Below are positions 23,098 through 35,242 of a stretch of DNA of 64,000 nucleotides, in pieces. Positions within the stretch are counted from its first letter, which is position 1. The number at the start of each line of letters is the position of its first letter. This DNA comes from Paraspadella gotoi. Taxonomy: Eukaryota; Animalia; Chaetognatha. The stretch is from contig CM119265.1 in assembly GCA_051294375.1 (NCBI GenBank), positions 6,829,489 to 6,893,488 of the forward strand, in the 5' to 3' direction. Position numbers and translations under genes: made by a program. The notes under the pieces are model-generated. The model was given only the letters and a program-made list of their open reading frames with translations, was not told where the DNA came from and did no database searches.

Positions 23098-24188
23098 ATG
23101 GGTAAAAAAAGACTTCGTAAAAACCCGCCGGCCGAGGCCAAAGAAGCAGAGCCGGTGAAGGCGGTTCGCGACTCCGACGAACCCCCGGCAAAAAGACCCA
23201 AATGGGTGAACAAAACGCGAGTCCTCATTTTCTCCTCGCGCGGCGTCACTTTCCGCGCTCGTCACTTGATGACTGACCTAAAGAACATGATGCCCCACTC
23301 CAAAGCTGACTCCAAGATGGATCGCAAGGACAAAATGGCCGTTATCAATGAGATTTGTGAGATGAAAAACTGCAACAAGGTCCTCTATTTTGAGATGAAA
23401 AAGAAACAAGACCTGTACATGTGGCTTTCCAACACGCCCAAGGGACCTTGCGCTAAATTTCTCGTCGAAAATGTTCATACTATGTTGGAGCTAAAGATGA
23501 CGGGAAATTGCCTCAAGTCCTCTCGACCCATTTTATCTTTTGATAAAAGCTTCGACGATCATCCTCATTACGCGTTATTGAAGGAACTCTTGGTACAGAT
23601 CTTTGGAACTCCGCGCAATCATCCTAAGAGTCAACCCTTTATCGATCACGTTCTTTCGTTCCGCGTGGCCGACAATCGTATATGGTTCCGAAACTTTCAG
23701 GTTAGTATTATTAGATCGAAACGAGCGTAAAAAATATTTTGGGTATACTGACTTTTGTCATTAACAATGGCCTATTAAGTCAATTCAGTTATTTATACTG
23801 AAAATACAGGCAGCTTTTTATCTTATTTATTATATAAAAATAAAGATACAAATAAAATCTTAAAATTGTATTTGTTCAAAGGTGATTTAAATTTTTTTAA
23901 ATTTAGATAAATGAAGAAGACGCTTCGTTGGTGGAGATTGGACCTCGATTTGTCCTCAACCCCATAAAAATCTTCATGGGAAGCTTTAGCGGCTCCGTTC
24001 TTTGGTCGAATCCCCATTTCGTGACACCCAACTTCCGACGCCGACTAAAGCGACTCGCCGGTTCCGCAAAATACGTAAACCGCGTCGGGAAAAAGGCTTC
24101 GCTCGAGGAGAGGAAGCCCAACGACGCCTACCGATTAGACGCGACAGACGCTATTTTCGACGCCAAACCAATTGAAGCGGCTAACTGA
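23098..24188 (+). CDS. BRIX1: Ribosome biogenesis protein BRX1 (Brix domain); exons 23098-23700, 23907-24188
   Basis: KWVNKTRVLIFSSRG, HTMLELKMTGNCLK, RIWFRNFQ|INEEDASLVEIGPRFVL. GT-AG intron 23701-23906. Confidence 0.95.
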
Positions 24189-24330
24189 TGACTTATTCTG
24201 TTGTTACTGAGACGTTTAGTTAATTTGTCCCTGACAATTATTACTGTGTCGGAATTTTTTTGCAGTTAAACGTGAAAAAAAAAAATGACCTAGAAAAATC
24301 CATTTGATCTCCTTTCCATTCAATGACGCT

Positions 24331-25584
24331 ATGAAGTCATCAACAAAAATGCGTTTCTCCAGTCCGTCATGCATCGCAGTTGCTGTCTTCGCGTCGTTGA
24401 TCTTTTTATACACATTCAACATATCGCCTCTCTTTTGGCTCCGGACGCTTTTTGAGAACGAACCAACCTTTTACGTAGTCGTCTTCGACGCCGGCTCCAC
24501 CGGGACTCGCGTTCACGTCTTCCACTTCGAGCGCTCGGGAAAACGCATGCGTTTATTAAACGAACTATTTGAGCACCTCGAACCTGGTCTGTCCGCCTAC
24601 GCGGAAGACCCTTCGCTGTGCCGTCCGTCCTTGGAGAAGTTGTTAAACTCTGCCGAATCCGAAATTCCTCCGTCGAAGCGAGCATCGACGCCTCTGGTTC
24701 TCAAGGCGACCGCGGGTCTCCGACTTTTGCCGGGCGATAGAGCTGAGAGGATTCTTCGGTTCGTTCGGACCGTTTTCAACGAGAGAGGATTTCTGTTTCG
24801 AGATAGCGACGTTTCTATTTTGGACGGAGTTGAAGAGGGAAACTATGGATGGGTGACTGTTAATTTTCTCTTGGGTCGACTGATCGACTTCTCAAAACCC
24901 AAAGTCGCCACCATGGATTTGGGTGGGGGCTCAACGCAAGTCACGTTCGCTGTCGATTCGCCAGCCGCGGTCCAATCCGTGCCTCGAAATTTTCTCAAAA
25001 GCATTAGCGTCTTAGGCCAACAAATAAACTTTTACTCTCATTCATATCTTGGCATGGGACTCATGGCCGCCCGGCTGTCCATCCTGCGCAATTATTCCGG
25101 GGATAATAAAAATGTTATGAACTCATTAATCAGTCCGTGCTTGCCATCGCGTCACAGCGACGAATGGACTTATGGCGGGGTGACTTATCGCGTCAAGGGT
25201 AACGAAAAGAGCGGACCCTCCGCGTGTTCCCAAAACGTCAATAGCGTCATCCTCGGCGCTGAACTGAAAAAACTTCCCGCTTACGTGCATCAGAACGTGA
25301 AAGTCTTTGCGTTTTCTTATTATTTCGATCGCCTGCTGGAAGTCGGGACGATCGGGAACGAGGGCGGAATCGTACGCGTCGTCGATGTAGGCAACGCCGC
25401 GCATCGGACTTGCCGCGACTTTCCCGCTGGCAAGAGGCCTTTTCTCTGCATGGATTTAACTTTCATCTATGAACTGTTGACCACAGGCTTTGGATTTGCC
25501 GGCGAAAATACAATCGAACTTAGAAAGAAGATTGAAGGGAAAGAAGTTTCTTGGAGTCTGGGAGCAGCTTTTAGCTTTATTTGA
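24331..25584 (+). CDS. ENTPD5: ENTPD5/6-type nucleoside diphosphatase (GDA1/CD39 family); single exon
   Basis: Apyrase conserved regions DAGSTGTR, KATAGLRLL, GVEEG..GW.TVN, DLGGGSTQ, SWSLG; N-terminal hydrophobic segment. Start may be 24331 or 24349; ENTPD5 versus ENTPD6 not resolved. Confidence 0.85.
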   Translation: MKSSTKMRFSSPSCIAVAVFASLIFLYTFNISPLFWLRTLFENEPTFYVVVFDAGSTGTRVHVFHFERSGKRMRLLNELFEHLEPGLSAYAEDPSLCRPSLEKLLNSAESEIPPSKRASTPLVLKATAGLRLLPGDRAERILRFVRTVFNERGFLFRDSDVSILDGVEEGNYGWVTVNFLLGRLIDFSKPKVATMDLGGGSTQVTFAVDSPAAVQSVPRNFLKSISVLGQQINFYSHSYLGMGLMAARLSILRNYSGDNKNVMNSLISPCLPSRHSDEWTYGGVTYRVKGNEKSGPSACSQNVNSVILGAELKKLPAYVHQNVKVFAFSYYFDRLLEVGTIGNEGGIVRVVDVGNAAHRTCRDFPAGKRPFLCMDLTFIYELLTTGFGFAGENTIELRKKIEGKEVSWSLGAAFSFI

Positions 25585-26216
25585 ATATAAATTTTATTTA
25601 TATATTGGTGCGATTGGTAGTTAATTGGCGAGTCTGGCTAAAGAGGATAGGAATTTTTATAATTTCGTCGGCAAGGAGTTCATTTGCGATCAAATATCTC
25701 GTTAAAATATTTAAGCAAGCGAGCTTCAGGGGATGTCTATGGTTTAAAGTTGTTAAAAAAAATTATTTTATTTAAAATTAATTAAATTTATTATTATTCG
25801 CGGTCTTTCCGATTTTTTGTCTATTATAACGGCATAATTGCCCGATAGGCTCGGAACCGAGAGCATCTTTTCGACTGACTTTGTCTGCAAAACCGTTCCC
25901 GTCATGCTTTTGCAAGATGAAACTGGAATGCGCGATTGAAATGACGTGTCAGCCAAAGTCAGTCAGGCCGAGTGCGTCGGTGGGGGCGGTTTTTGTCATA
26001 TAGCTTCAAGTGCACTTTAAAATGCTCTCTAGTAATAGTCAAAACAATTATTTCGTTTGAAGCATTTTTTATATTTTAGTATTATTGATGAATCTCGTGC
26101 GTTTGCTGTGATTACAAAATAGTCTGACGTTTATTATTACCTCAAATATTTACCTGTTCGCTTTAAACAGAAAACTTTTTTTTTTCTGTCTGGCATTCCC
26201 AATCCCGATCGTTAAC

Positions 26217-28481
26217 ATGGACGAGGAAGAAATGTTCGAACAGAAAGGGGGCGCGCCTCCAGTGGCGCGTCGAATGCCAAAGGTCGCCAAGGTGAAAAAC
26301 AAGGCGCCAGCTCCGATGCAGATCACCGCCGAACAATTGCTTCGAGAGGCCAAGGAGCGCGAGTTGGAGAAGGTTCCCCCGCCGCCAACTCAAAAAATTC
26401 AGGACAAAGCGGAATTGCGCGATTACCAACTACGCAAGAGAAAGGCCTTTGAAGACGAAATACGAAAGAATCGCAGCGTCATGTCTAACTGGATCAAGTA
26501 CGCCGTGTGGGAGGAAAGTCAACAGGAAATACAGAGAATGCGATCGGTCTTCGAGCGCGCCCTCGACGTCGACCACCGAAACGTCACGGTTTGGCTCAAA
26601 TACGCCGAGATGGAGATGAAAAATAAACAGGTCAACCACGCCCGAAACATTTGGGACCGCGCCGTCACCATCCTACCGCGCGCCAACCAATTTTGGTATA
26701 AATACACATACATGGAGGAAATGCTTGGCAATGTGGCCGGCGCGAGGAACACTTTTGAGCGTTGGATGGAATGGGAGCCCGAGGAACAAGCCTGGCACTC
26801 CTACATTAATTTCGAACTGCGCTACAAAGAGCTCGACCGTGCTCGGGCCATCTACGAACGGTTCGTCATGGTTCATCCCGCGGTTAAGAATTGGATCAAG
26901 TACGGCCGCTTTGAGGAGAAAAACCATTACATTATTTCCGCCCGAAAGATATACGAACGCGCCGTGGAATTTTACGGCGAGGACCATATGGACGAGGAGC
27001 TGTTCATCGCCTTCGCCAAGTTCGAAGAGAACCAGAAAGAACACGAGCGCGCTCGTGTCATCTACCAGTACGCTCTCAAGCACATTCCCAAGGAACTTTG
27101 CGCCGATCTCTACAAGCAGTACACGATTCACGAGAAAAAGTTCGGCGATCGGGCGGCCATCGAAGACGTCATCGTGTCCAAACGTCGCTTTCAATACGAG
27201 AACGAAATTGAGGCCAATCCTCACAACTACGACGCTTGGTTTGACTATCTAAGACTCATGGAGGCGGAGGCCAACAAAGAGGCCACACAGGAAATTTACG
27301 AGCGGGCCATCGCCAATATTCCGCCGTCCAAAAATAAGCGTCATTGGAGGCGCTATATTTACCTTTGGATCAACTACGCTCTTTGGAGCGAGCTGGAGTG
27401 CGAGGACCCAGAGCGTACCGAACAGGTTTACAGATGGTGCCTAGAGGTCATCCCACACAAGGCATTCACCTTTGCCAAAATCTGGCTTCTTTACGCTCAA
27501 TGGGCCATTCGCCAAAAAAATTTAAACCTGGCGCGAAAAATACTTGGCACTGCGATTGGGAAATGTCCAAAGACGAAGCTCTTTCGGGGTTACATCGATT
27601 TGGAAATTCAACTGCGTGAGTTCGACCGGTGCCGAATTCTCTACGAGAAACTCCTAGAATTTAGTCCGGAAAACTGCTCCTCCTGGATCAAATATGCCGA
27701 GTTGGAGGCCATCCTCGGTGATGTCGAACGCGTTCGCTCAATCTTCGAGCTCGCCATCGATCAGCCTCGTCTCGACATGCCTGAGGTTCTGTGGAAGGCG
27801 TACATCGACTTCGAGATCGAACAAGAGGAATATGACCGTGTCCGCGACCTCTATGAACGCCTACTCGAGCGCACGCACCACGTGAAAGTTTGGATTTCCT
27901 TCGCGCTTTTTGAGCGCGGCCTCGAGACGGAATTCGGGCTCGCCCAGGCACGCCAGATTTTCTCTCGTGGCAACGTAGTGTTGAAAAAGTCGGGCGAGAA
28001 GGAGGAAAGAGTCATGCTTCTCGAGGCGTGGAAGAGTATGGAAGAGGAGGAAGGAGACGAAGTCTACCAGAAGAAGGTGGAGGAACAGATGCCGAGAAAG
28101 GTGAAGAAGCGACGGAAAGCGGTGACGGAGGATGGGACCGACGCCGGATGGGAAGAATACTACGACTATATCTTTCCTGATGATGAAGTTGCTGCGCCTT
28201 CCCTCAAGCTGCTGGCTCTAGCGAAGCAATGGAAGAAAAAGAGGGAGGATGATGACGAGGAGGAAGAGAGCGGCAGCGAAGATGAGAGCGGCAGCGAGCC
28301 GGATGGCGAAGATGGAAAGGAGGAAGGAGAAAATACGAAAAGAAATGTGGAGAAACCGAAGGAAACTTCGATCAAGGAACAAGACGACGACCAAGACGCC
28401 GATACGGACTTGGAAGACAGTTCCAGCGATAGCGATGAAGGCGACGAAGAAGAAAAACCTGAAGATAAAGAAGATCGTTGA
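26217..28481 (+). CDS. CRNKL1: Crooked neck-like HAT-repeat splicing factor; single exon
   Basis: [27 protein letters not shown] repeats, [13 protein letters not shown], acidic tail. Confidence 0.96.
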   Translation: MDEEEMFEQKGGAPPVARRMPKVAKVKNKAPAPMQITAEQLLREAKERELEKVPPPPTQKIQDKAELRDYQLRKRKAFEDEIRKNRSVMSNWIKYAVWEESQQEIQRMRSVFERALDVDHRNVTVWLKYAEMEMKNKQVNHARNIWDRAVTILPRANQFWYKYTYMEEMLGNVAGARNTFERWMEWEPEEQAWHSYINFELRYKELDRARAIYERFVMVHPAVKNWIKYGRFEEKNHYIISARKIYERAVEFYGEDHMDEELFIAFAKFEENQKEHERARVIYQYALKHIPKELCADLYKQYTIHEKKFGDRAAIEDVIVSKRRFQYENEIEANPHNYDAWFDYLRLMEAEANKEATQEIYERAIANIPPSKNKRHWRRYIYLWINYALWSELECEDPERTEQVYRWCLEVIPHKAFTFAKIWLLYAQWAIRQKNLNLARKILGTAIGKCPKTKLFRGYIDLEIQLREFDRCRILYEKLLEFSPENCSSWIKYAELEAILGDVERVRSIFELAIDQPRLDMPEVLWKAYIDFEIEQEEYDRVRDLYERLLERTHHVKVWISFALFERGLETEFGLAQARQIFSRGNVVLKKSGEKEERVMLLEAWKSMEEEEGDEVYQKKVEEQMPRKVKKRRKAVTEDGTDAGWEEYYDYIFPDDEVAAPSLKLLALAKQWKKKREDDDEEEESGSEDESGSEPDGEDGKEEGENTKRNVEKPKETSIKEQDDDQDADTDLEDSSSDSDEGDEEEKPEDKEDR

Positions 28482-28682
28482 ACTTGAACTTTTTATCGTT
28501 TTTTCGTTTATTTCGTATTGACTATTGACCTCTCAATGTTGTTTACATTTTGAATTTTACATTTTTTAGGACACAAGTGCCTCACCTTCATCACCATTAG
28601 ATCGTTAAAACTCACAAATGATGCTGCGTATCAAATCAATATGATAACCTTTTTAGTTTAAGCCAACTTTCCTACAAAAAAA

Positions 28683-31600
28683 ATGCGTTCAGTTGCGACG
28701 TGGGTGGACAAAGTCCACGATCGCGATAAAGCCGAGCAATGCATTTACGATATGGCGTTTAGGTTAGTTGTCAACATTCGCGCGTTAAAAGAGCTTGGTT
28801 TGTTTATTTTTCATGCGTATTTACAGACCAGACGGCCTTCAGCTAATAGTGGCCGCAGGGAACAGGGTTCTCGTTTATGAGACGACAGACGGAACTTTGG
28901 TGCAACCTTTAAAAGGACACAAAGACACGGTCTTTTGCGTATGTTATTCTCGCGATGGCAAGCGATTCGCTTCAGGTATCCATTTGATTGACTCGAAAAC
29001 TAAGTTCGTACATTTCCTTCGAGCCGCCTGTGCGTTGAAAAAAAAACTTTTGTTGGCTTCTAGGGTCTGCCGACAAATCTGTCATCATCTGGACGTCAAA
29101 ACTTGAGGGTATTCTTAAGTACACGCACAACGACGCCATTCAATGTCTGGCCTACAATCCCGTCAACCAGATGCTCGCTTCCTGCGCAGTTTCTGATTTT
29201 GGTCTGTGGTCTCCCGAACAAAAATCCGTGGCTAAACATAAGGTTGGATAATTTTTAATTGATAATTATTTTACCATAGTTGTATTCTGCTTCATCAATG
29301 ATTCTTTTCGTTTTAAGATGAGTGTACGGATCACATGCTGCAGTTGGACGAACGACGGACAATATTTGGCTTTGGGTTTGATGAATGGCAACATCAGCAT
29401 CCGCAGCAAGGGAGGTGAAGAGAAGGTCAAGATAGACCGCCCGTCGGCTGCAGGTACTTAATCTTTTTATTTTTAATGCTCGTTCCTTATCCTTATTCAA
29501 CATTATTCGATGTCCTTTTGTGAGACAGTATAATTTTAATTAAAGTAAATGCCCGGATGTAAAATTAAATATTAAGTTTCTTATTATTTCATGAATTTTG
29601 AAGGAAATCCGGTATGGTCAATCTCTTGGAGTCCAAGCAAGGATGAGGCTTTCGACATTCTTGCCGTATCTGACTGGTCTCAGAAACTTAGCTTTTATCA
29701 ACTGAGTGGAAAACAAATCGGCAAGGACAAGATGCTTGGTTATGATCCTTGTTGCCTCGATTATTTTTCAAAAGGGGAATATCTTATCGTTGGTAAGTTG
29801 CATCCATTTTTTTTTCTTTTAATATTTTATTAATTTTTTGTTCGTATTACTTAGGCGGTGCTAACAAGCAGTGCCACCTTCACACGCGTGAGGGAGTCAA
29901 ACTCGGGGTAATCGGGGACGAGACAAGTTGGGTGTGGGTTTGCCGAGTTCGCCCCGACTCGAATTTCGTGGCTTTGGGTTGTCAAGATGGAACCATCGCT
30001 TACTATCAATTGGCCTTCAGCACAGTTCATGGTCTTTATAAGGAACGTTACGCGTACAGGTAAAGTGATGAGATGAAGAATGATAATAGGTTGAGTTGGT
30101 TTTGTTTAATTTTTTTTTTCAGGGATAACATGACGGATGTCATCATTCAGCACCTAATCACCGATCAAAAAGTCAGAATCAAATGTCGGGATCTGGTAAA
30201 AAAAATCGCCATATATAGACATCGCTTGGCTGTACAACTGCCAGATAAGGTCAGTTAAAACTAATAGCTAATGTTTTTTTAGTGGTTAGCTGTAACTCTC
30301 ATCATCGTTAAATCAGGTCGTCATTTATGAGTTATACAACGACGACGCGGCCGACATGCTTTATCGAATAAAGGAAAAGATGATGAAAAAATTGGAGTGC
30401 AACCTCCTCGTTGTTACAGCGAACCACATCGTCCTTTGCCTTGATCGAAAGTAAGATTATCTCGATGTACTACATGAAGCTTTGCAATGAGGCTTCACTC
30501 TCGAAGGGTTATGACGGTTAATAAGGCGTAGTAAAATTTCTAAATTTAACTTTAATTAAAATTCTAAAAGTGAGGAACGAACAACATTATATTAATGAAC
30601 ATTTATGTAATAAAAAAATTTTTAATAAATTTTACAATTTACGCAGTAGGCCATATTCATACTAGTACTAAATCATTAAATGTTAAAATTTCAAAACAGT
30701 TTTTTCTCAGATTTTTTTGCAGATTTGGATTCGTCATAAAAAGTTGATAAAAAGAAATATAATTCTTTTTTAAAAATTCCTTCATTAAGTGGGTCAAAAA
30801 TTAGAAAAAACTATATTTTAAGCTGAAAATTAACTTTTTATATATTAAATATAGTTTTTTTAATTTTTAACCCACTTAATGAAAGAATTTTTAAAAATGA
30901 TTTATATTTTCTTTTATCAACTTTTGACGAGGAATTCAAATCTGCAATCAAAATTAAGAAAAGCTTATTTTGAAATTTTTCAATTTTATAAGGATAGTAC
31001 TATATATAAATATAGCCTACTGCGAAAATTAAAAAACATAAAATTCATTTTTTTTATAAATTAATGTTCACTGATGGTATGTTGTTCATAATTTAACTTT
31101 CACTACGCCTTAACGGTTAAGTGGATCGCCCATATCCTCTTCCACTTTGCAGGTTGCAAAGCTACTCCTTCACAGGCGTGAAGGAAAAAGAATGGGTCTT
31201 GGAATCTCTAATTCGGTATATTAAAGTTACCGGTGGCCCAGCAGGCCGCGAGGGGCTCCTCGTTGGACTAAAAAGCGGCCAGGTGGCCAAAATCTTCGTT
31301 GACAACCCTTTCCCTATCAACCTGATGAAGATCGGTTCGGCGGTGCGTTGCCTGGACTTGTCCGCTTCTAGAAAAAAGCTCGCTGTGGTTGATGAGCATA
31401 ATACGTGTCTGGTGTACGACATCACCAATAAGGAGCTTCTGTTTCAGGTTTAATATATATTACTTATTAATTTAATAATTACTCTGAGTCAAATAAGTCA
31501 GGGGTGCCTAAGCGTGTAATACATTAAGTAATATATAATTTATATTTCAGGAGCCAAACGCCAACTCAGTGGCGTGGAATACCCAGAACGAAGATATGCT

Positions 31601-34600
31601 GTGCTACAGCGGGAATGGTTTACTTAGCATCAAAGCTGGCAACTTTCCCGCGCATCAGCAGAAGTTACAAGGCTTCGTAGTAGGTTTCGCTGGCTCCAAG
31701 ATCTTTTGTCTTCACATATACTCCATGACAACAGTCGAAGTTCCTCAGGTAAACGACGAAATGTTTAATAGCTCTTTAAGTCCAAATTTGAGTTAAAAGC
31801 GCGACTTGTGTCTTTAGTCAGCGGCCATGTACCAATATTTGGAGAAGCAAAACTTCGAGAACGCCTACCGCGTCGCCTGCATGGGAATCACGGAGGGAGA
31901 TTGGGAGTCCCTCGCTCACGAGGCGCTCGTCGGTATGGATATCTCCACCGCCAAGAAGGCCTTCACCAGAATCAGGGATTTGAGGTCAGCAGATGAGATG
32001 CGTTTAAAAATTATAATCATCAACTATGGCAACAGCCGGGTTGCCTGTGATGCCCATTTGGATGGGGCTTCTCACTGTTGGCTGTAGAGGCTACCGACAC
32101 TCATTGATGCCTCCTGTCACCGGCGCGGTAACCCTAGGACGGTCTCGCTTTGCCAACACAGGGAAGTCATGAGGACTGTGGAAGGAACGTAACGCTTGGG
32201 ATGGTGCGTTTCCCCTCTTAGCCAATGGGATTGCCTAACGATGGTGGATGTGAGGCTGTGTGATATACCGCCACACGTTTTAATTCACGTCTGTTGATCT
32301 CTTGCATTGCAGGTATTTAGAATTGATCCACAGCATCGAAGAGAGGCAACGGCGAAGCGATTCGAATGATCCCGCATTGTTTTTGGCTGACATTGCAGCT
32401 TACAGAGGTACGAATCATAAAATTTTGTTTTAACATCTTTTGACATTGTATTCTGTTTAATTAATTTAGGAAAATTCGCCGAGGCTGCTCGATTGTACAA
32501 GAAAGGGGGTCGAGCTACGAACGCTATGCACATGTACTCCGATTTGAGAATGTTTGAGCAAGCTAAAGATTTCATGGACAGTGGCGATCCTAGCGATAAG
32601 AAAATGCTCATAACCAAACAGGTTGGCTGCATGGATATTTTTAATTTAAGAAAGTCATTTTTTTTCTGACGACGGTTTTAAATTACAGGCGGAATGGGCA
32701 TCGAATATCAACGAGCCGAAAGCCGCAGCAGAAATGTATGTTTCGGCCGGAGAATATGTCAAAGCCATTGAGATCATGGGAAAGCATGGCTGGGGAGATA
32801 TGCTGCTCGACATCGCAAGAAAGCTCGACAAGGTCTGATCTTATGGGGATCCAATTTAAAAATGCCATTTTTGAAGAAATTAAATTTTATACCGAAGGCC
32901 GACACGGAAACTCTGAATCTTTGTGCCGACCATTTCAAACGTCTCAATCAAGTTCATTACGCGGCGGAGGTCTACAACAAAACTGGCGACAAGAAGTAAA
33001 ACATCTTATTTTTCGATTCTAGAGGGAAAGATTTCTTGACAACTTTTTTTAAAAATCAGAGCCTTAGTGGATCTTTACATCAAGTTCCGGAGTTGGGAAG
33101 ACGCGTTTACTCTGGTCGAACTTCACCCAGAGTTCAAAGACGACGTCTACGTCCCTTACGCCAATTGGTTGGCGGAGAACGACCGTTTCGAAGAGGCGCA
33201 AAAGGCCTTCCATAAGGCCGGTCGCCAAGACGACGCCGTCCGCGTCCTCGAACAACTCACCACTAACGCCGTCTCAGAATGCCGTTTTTCCGACGCAGGT
33301 TCGCGTCTATTCCTTCTTTGTATTGTGGTTGTTTTGGTAACTATTTGTCTTATTCTTATTCTGTCCAGGATATTACTACTGGCTCCTTTCTATGCAATGC
33401 CTCGACATTGCGCGGGAGGACGAGACTAAGAGAGAAGTTATGTTAAGCAAGTTTAGTAAATATCAATTAAACGCGGATATGTACTACGTATATCATCACA
33501 TTCATAGGTTTGAATGCTAAAAAATTCCATACAATGATAAAAAAAATTGTTCCAACTCATTCAACGTATTTTTGTTTTATAAATTATATTTTTAGGTACA
33601 CCGAAGAGCCGTTTACTTTTCTCCAGCCCGACTGTCTGTTCAACATGGCCAGATATTTGATGCATGCTATGCTCAAGGAATCCCCACCAGGCATTTCCAA
33701 GTTCTACACATTGTACACTTTGGCCAAGCAAAGTAGAAATCTCAACGCTTTCAAGTTGGCTAGATCCACTTTCGAAAAATTGCAAGCTTTTTCCGTCCCG
33801 CCGCGTTACCAGGAACTCATTGACCTCGGTTCGATCACCATACGATCCAAGCCATTTCATGATGCAGGTAAAAGAAAAATAAATAAAATTTTACTATCAC
33901 GATTCGTACATAAAAATTTTTTTCCCCCACGCAGAGGATCTTCAACCGATGTGCTATCGATGTCAAACTACCAATCCGTTGCTGAACAACAATCACGGAA
34001 ATAATTGTATCAACTGCGGTCAACCCACCGTCAATTCTTTCATATCCTTCGAGGTTCTTCCCCTCGTAGAATTCGTTTTGGAGAAGGGGATATCGGACGC
34101 GGAAGCTTTGTCCCTCTTAGAAACTGGTAGAGCTCGTTCTTTTATTATTATTTGAAAATGTTATCTATTATTGACAAGATAATACATACCTGAACCCTCT
34201 TTAATCGCTCCTCAGAATCCCCGCGTTCAAAACTAACCAAGGGCGGAGGTTGGCGAGAAACTAACAGTGGTGATGTTCAGACTATGCGTTTCGACGCTCC
34301 TTCGGGTGGAAATGGGGATCCTGGGGCGAATGAAGACCCTTTCAGTCGGCGATTTCTCTCTTTTTCCGGCGACCACACCGGTGGGTACCTTAAAAAACCA
34401 CCTTAGAAAATATTTTTTTAAATGTTTCAGCAAGGTCTGTTCTATATTTTTTGAGGCTCTTCCGAATTTCAACCGATCACCGTGGGACGTGAGGCGCTGG
34501 TTGATATGGATCGAGTGAATGTTATCGTTTGTAAGTGGGCGGCACCACTTCGCTGGCGTTGGTACCGAAACATCGTTCCCGACATCGGAGTCACCCAATG

Positions 34601-34703
34601 CGACTCGTGTAACCGTCTCTTTCACACCGAAGACTTCGAACTAAAGTGTCTTCAGCTCGGACACTGTCCGTTTTGCAAAAAGAAGGCGACCCTTGGCGAG
34701 TGA
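28683..34703 (+). CDS. IFT122: Intraflagellar transport protein 122 (IFT-A); about 20 exons: 28683-28762, 28827-28975, 29064-29242, 29318-29453, 29604-29792, 29855-30059, 30123-30249, 30317-30450, 31153-31447, 31551-31748, 31818-31984, 32313-32407, 32470-32621, 32689-32832, 32898-32995, 33060-33298, 33369-33507, 33596-33867, 33935-34126, 34216-34380, 34456-34703
   Basis: Spliced translation gives [91 protein letters not shown] and a C-terminal CPFC. Confidence 0.93.
30522..31112. mobile_element. hAT-type foldback MITE in IFT122 intron
   Basis: TIRs TAAGGCGTAGT and ACTACGCCTTA; 8-bp TSD ACGGTTAA (30514-30521, 31113-31120); interior is an imperfect palindrome. Confidence 0.85.
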
Positions 34704-35242
34704 ACAGCCACTTAGTTCTTTTAGCACATTGCGGGATTTGCACGGTGTAGTAAGTCGCAAGTGTTCCGGAAGCGAACCGAAAAAAAAAAGAAACATTCCG
34801 TCCATTCAATATCTCGGAAGCACTTGACTCTGTGTATACCTATTGAACACACAACACTTTGTCTTTCTATCTCACACCTTCATTCTATTTTTCGTTTTAA
34901 AATAAGGTTATACGTACGCTATTTTTTTTTTTATTTTTTTTTTATTAATACCAACACATTCCGTCCTTTTTTAAACTAAAAAATGTATATTACGCATATG
35001 CCTTAAGACAGCGATTAAATTTTGAAATGTTTAAAAAAATTTTAAGTTTAAAGTTGTACCGAGTGACTAAAATTCTCAGCATTCTTTTTACCTATTTATT
35101 GCCTTTTAAATATACAAGAATAAATGCATAAAACCTTATTTATTTTTATTCTTACCAGATTACGGGATTTTAAACATTTTCTGAAAAAGAGAACTTGTTG
35201 CACGACTGATCCCCAAATTCCTCAATTTTTTCTTCCCCAAAA

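Noticed and set aside
25860-25965. Resemblance of TTTTCGACTGACTTT / AAAGTCAG to the vertebrate telomerase pseudoknot
   Set aside because: No telomeric template upstream and the pairing reads as a simple helix; kept only as a generic ncRNA candidate.
32035-32180. SRP, RNase P/MRP, U3 or 7SK identity for the intronic GC island
   Set aside because: Only very short matches; the diagnostic conserved boxes were not found.
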